From a virus (Duplodnaviria > Caudoviricetes), in IMG/VR virus record IMGVR_UViG_3300048606_000130, positions 1-53,630 of that record: DNA of 53,630 nt. One strand, given 5' to 3'. Shown piece by piece: positions 51,619-53,630 of the stretch. Numbering within the stretch: the stretch's first letter is position 1; the number at the start of each line of letters is the position of its first letter. Under the pieces are notes generated by a model, which did not search any database, was not told the origin of the DNA, and worked only from the letters and a program-made list of their open reading frames with translations. The position numbers were made by a program, and so were the translations under genes.

Positions 51619-52044
51619 TTAGACTGGCGCCTGTTGCACGCGATAGTGCCCGCCGCGATGAAACCAGCGAATCGACGCGTCGACGTCGTCCACTTCCGTC
51701 GTCCGGATCCGCGACTCCCGGTGCATCACCATGTGGCTGTACCCGGCGACGGTGAGGACCTGATCGTTCAGGAGCACCTGAATCCGCGCCGCCGCCGCTT
51801 GGACGTTGCCGGTCCCGACCGCCGGCTTGAGCTCGACGGCCTTCACGAGATAGAGCGCGTCTTCGTACGCGCACCCGCCGAACCTCGGTTCATCGACTTC
51901 GTCGACGAGCGACACGATCACGAACCGCGTCGCGTTCTTCGGCGCCTCGTCCATGTAGACCAGGTTCGGCATCAGCGCCATCAGCGTCACGTCGGCGCCG
52001 AGCTTCGCGACGAGCGCGTTGTCGATCGCGCTGCTATCGGGCAT
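51619..52044 (-). CDS. Tail terminator/completion protein
   Basis: ALVAKLGAD..L, VYMDEAP, AAARIQVLL; expected position. Confidence 0.75.
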   Translation of the reverse strand: MPDSSAIDNALVAKLGADVTLMALMPNLVYMDEAPKNATRFVIVSLVDEVDEPRFGGCAYEDALYLVKAVELKPAVGTGNVQAAAARIQVLLNDQVLTVAGYSHMVMHRESRIRTTEVDDVDASIRWFHRGGHYRVQQAPV

Positions 52045-52124
52045 GACGCGCTCGATCGGTCTGCAGCCAGCACGTCAGCCACCCCGCCCAGAACCAGGCG
52101 ACGAGCACGAGCACGGCCCAGCCG

Positions 52125-52538
52125 TTAGGCCGCACCGCTCACCACCAAACCGTGGCGCTCGAGCAATGCCTGCAGGTCGTCGTACATGGCGCGTCGTTCC
52201 TCTTGCATCACCGGCACGAAGACATGCCCCGGCGGCATCGATCCGCGATTCGCGCCCAGCGTGGTGTGCCGGGCCTGCGTGCCGATTTCGAACGGGAGGG
52301 CATGTCGTGACGTGTTGGTCACGACCGCGCGCGCCCCGAAGGCACTGCGCGTGTGGGTGACGGTCGTCTTGTCGCGGAGGTCGTGCGTGCGCGCCGGATA
52401 CCCGGCCTTGATCCGGACCGTCGCCCGATTGCCGCGCCCTTCGACGAGATTGGCGCCCTCGCCGGCCAGCTCGGTCGGCAACGCGCGGAGCTGCGCTTTC
52501 AAGTCCTCGAGGCCCGTCCAGCGCCACGACGCGCTCAC
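52125..52538 (-). CDS. HK97 gp10-like neck protein
   Basis: TGLEDLKAQL, FEIGT, GSMPPGHVFVP. Confidence 0.8.
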   Translation of the reverse strand: MSASWRWTGLEDLKAQLRALPTELAGEGANLVEGRGNRATVRIKAGYPARTHDLRDKTTVTHTRSAFGARAVVTNTSRHALPFEIGTQARHTTLGANRGSMPPGHVFVPVMQEERRAMYDDLQALLERHGLVVSGAA

Positions 52539-52915
52539 TGGACCGTCTCCACACACGAGAGGATCAGGGACTCGTTCCGTTCCTCGGGATTCACGACGCC
52601 CGTCACGTGGAATTCGCGCGAGCCGGCCACGAGCGATCCATCGATCGCGCGCGGGCCTTTCGTCATCCGGGTTTCGGTGGTGATGCCGGCGAGGTAGTAG
52701 CAGTCGACGAGATGGGTCGCGAGGGCCAGCACGGTGCCGGCGACGCGCCGTTCGAGATCGCGCGCGGAGGCCGGCTGAATGCGCACCCACGAGAGGGGCG
52801 CGAGCGCGATCCAGCTGTCAGTGGTAAAGCCGCCCTCGCCGTTGGGCACCGGCGGCCCGTCGGGATTCTCGAAGACGACGTCGTGAATGAGCGCGCCGCA
52901 ATCGAGGCCAGGCAC
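52535..52915 (-). CDS. Head-closure (head-tail adaptor, SPP1 gp16-like)
   Basis: NGEGGF...W..IQP...THLV...REFHVTGVVNPEERNESLILSC.E. Confidence 0.8.
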   Translation of the reverse strand: MPGLDCGALIHDVVFENPDGPPVPNGEGGFTTDSWIALAPLSWVRIQPASARDLERRVAGTVLALATHLVDCYYLAGITTETRMTKGPRAIDGSLVAGSREFHVTGVVNPEERNESLILSCVETVQ

Positions 52916-52954
52916 AGCTTCGAGCCTAGGGCTCGGCGCCGGGTGGGCTTTCTT

Positions 52955-53630
52955 TTAGTAGGGAAAAGTGCGCCGCGTCGGCGGGATCGTCGGGAGCGCC
53001 GTCCACTTGAACGCGCTGATCAGCGCCTGCGCGCCGAGCGGCAATTGGTACTGCGCGACGTCGACGACTTCCTGCCGGTTCCGATGGAAATGCGTGAACA
53101 GCAACAGCAGCGCGGCTTGAATCATCAGCGGCATCGCCTCGGTCGTCGCGCCGTAGCCGCACACGCGCCGGATCCGCAGACTCCGCGCCAGGCCGCTCGT
53201 CACGGGCCACGACGCGCCGGCCACGAGCTCGATGCGGCCGCACGGACAGTACGGATCGATCACCGGATCCTGCGCGGGCGATCCGGGCGGGACGTCGAAC
53301 GATTCATGGACCGTGTAATTCGCGGCGTCGAAGATCTGCGCGGCGCCGGCGGCATCGTCGTACGTGACCTCGACCACACTGGCGAGTGGCGGCCGCGGCA
53401 GCTGAATGACCCGCTCGTCCGGCCCGCCGTCGAGCGCGTACTCCCACGTCGCGTCGACACACTGGCGGCCGCTCTGTTCTTCGAAGTACGTGCGCGCGGC
53501 CACGAGATAGATCGGCAGCAGGAGATCTTCGGCGGTGGAGGGAAACCGCGCCTGCGCTTTCGCGAGCGCGAGCGTGATGGGTTCGATCCGCTGCGTGGGG
53601 GAGCCGCTCTCCATCGTGAAGCCGATCGGG
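52955..53630 (-). CDS. Head-tail connector protein (HK97 gp6-like); start lies at 150 across the circular junction
   Basis: EPITLALAKAQAR, AARTYFEEQSGR, LPRPPLASV, GYG, IQAALLLLFTHFHRNR. Confidence 0.9.
   Translation of the reverse strand, partial: PIGFTMESGSPTQRIEPITLALAKAQARFPSTAEDLLLPIYLVAARTYFEEQSGRQCVDATWEYALDGGPDERVIQLPRPPLASVVEVTYDDAAGAAQIFDAANYTVHESFDVPPGSPAQDPVIDPYCPCGRIELVAGASWPVTSGLARSLRIRRVCGYGATTEAMPLMIQAALLLLFTHFHRNRQEVVDVAQYQLPLGAQALISAFKWTALPTIPPTRRTFPY
53504..53630. repeat. Terminal direct repeat, copy 2
   Basis: Identical to 1-127. Confidence 0.95.

Larger units (their letters stand above)
1..53503. mobile_element. Complete temperate phage genome (HK97-type head, siphovirus-like tail), circular/attP form
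   Basis: Packaging, head, tail, lysis, immunity, integration and replication genes are all present and there is no host flank. Terminal 127-nt exact repeat, and the head-tail connector ORF continues in frame across the junction. Confidence 0.95.

Overview
This window is an apparently complete, circularly assembled temperate tailed phage genome with HK97-type head genes and a non-contractile-type tail. It is GC-rich and 53,503 bp long; the first 127 nt are repeated exactly at the end. Most genes are on the minus strand. The late module runs HNH, probable cos, terS, terL, fused prohead protease/major capsid, portal, a collagen-like protein, and then seven translationally coupled glycosyltransferase/methyltransferase genes. 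It continues across the window junction into head-tail, tail (with a -1 frameshift chaperone), fibre and lysis genes, followed by several signal-peptide proteins (PAP2, beta-helix). A cI/cro switch with visible operators and promoters, a tyrosine integrase and an attP made of the 3' half of tRNA-Ala(CGC) show a temperate lifestyle. Early regions encode a replication protein with internal palindromic iterons, a DUF5131 protein, a HerA-like ATPase, Ku, a cold-shock-domain protein, two Tat-signal-like proteins, a second operator-controlled divergent switch, a HigBA-like toxin-antitoxin pair and a GT-C membrane glycosyltransferase. The most striking feature is the glycan-building cassette inside the head operon next to a collagen-like protein, a candidate virion glycosylation system. 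All family calls come from motifs recognised by eye, not database searches. The host is unknown; Acidobacteriota is a tentative guess.
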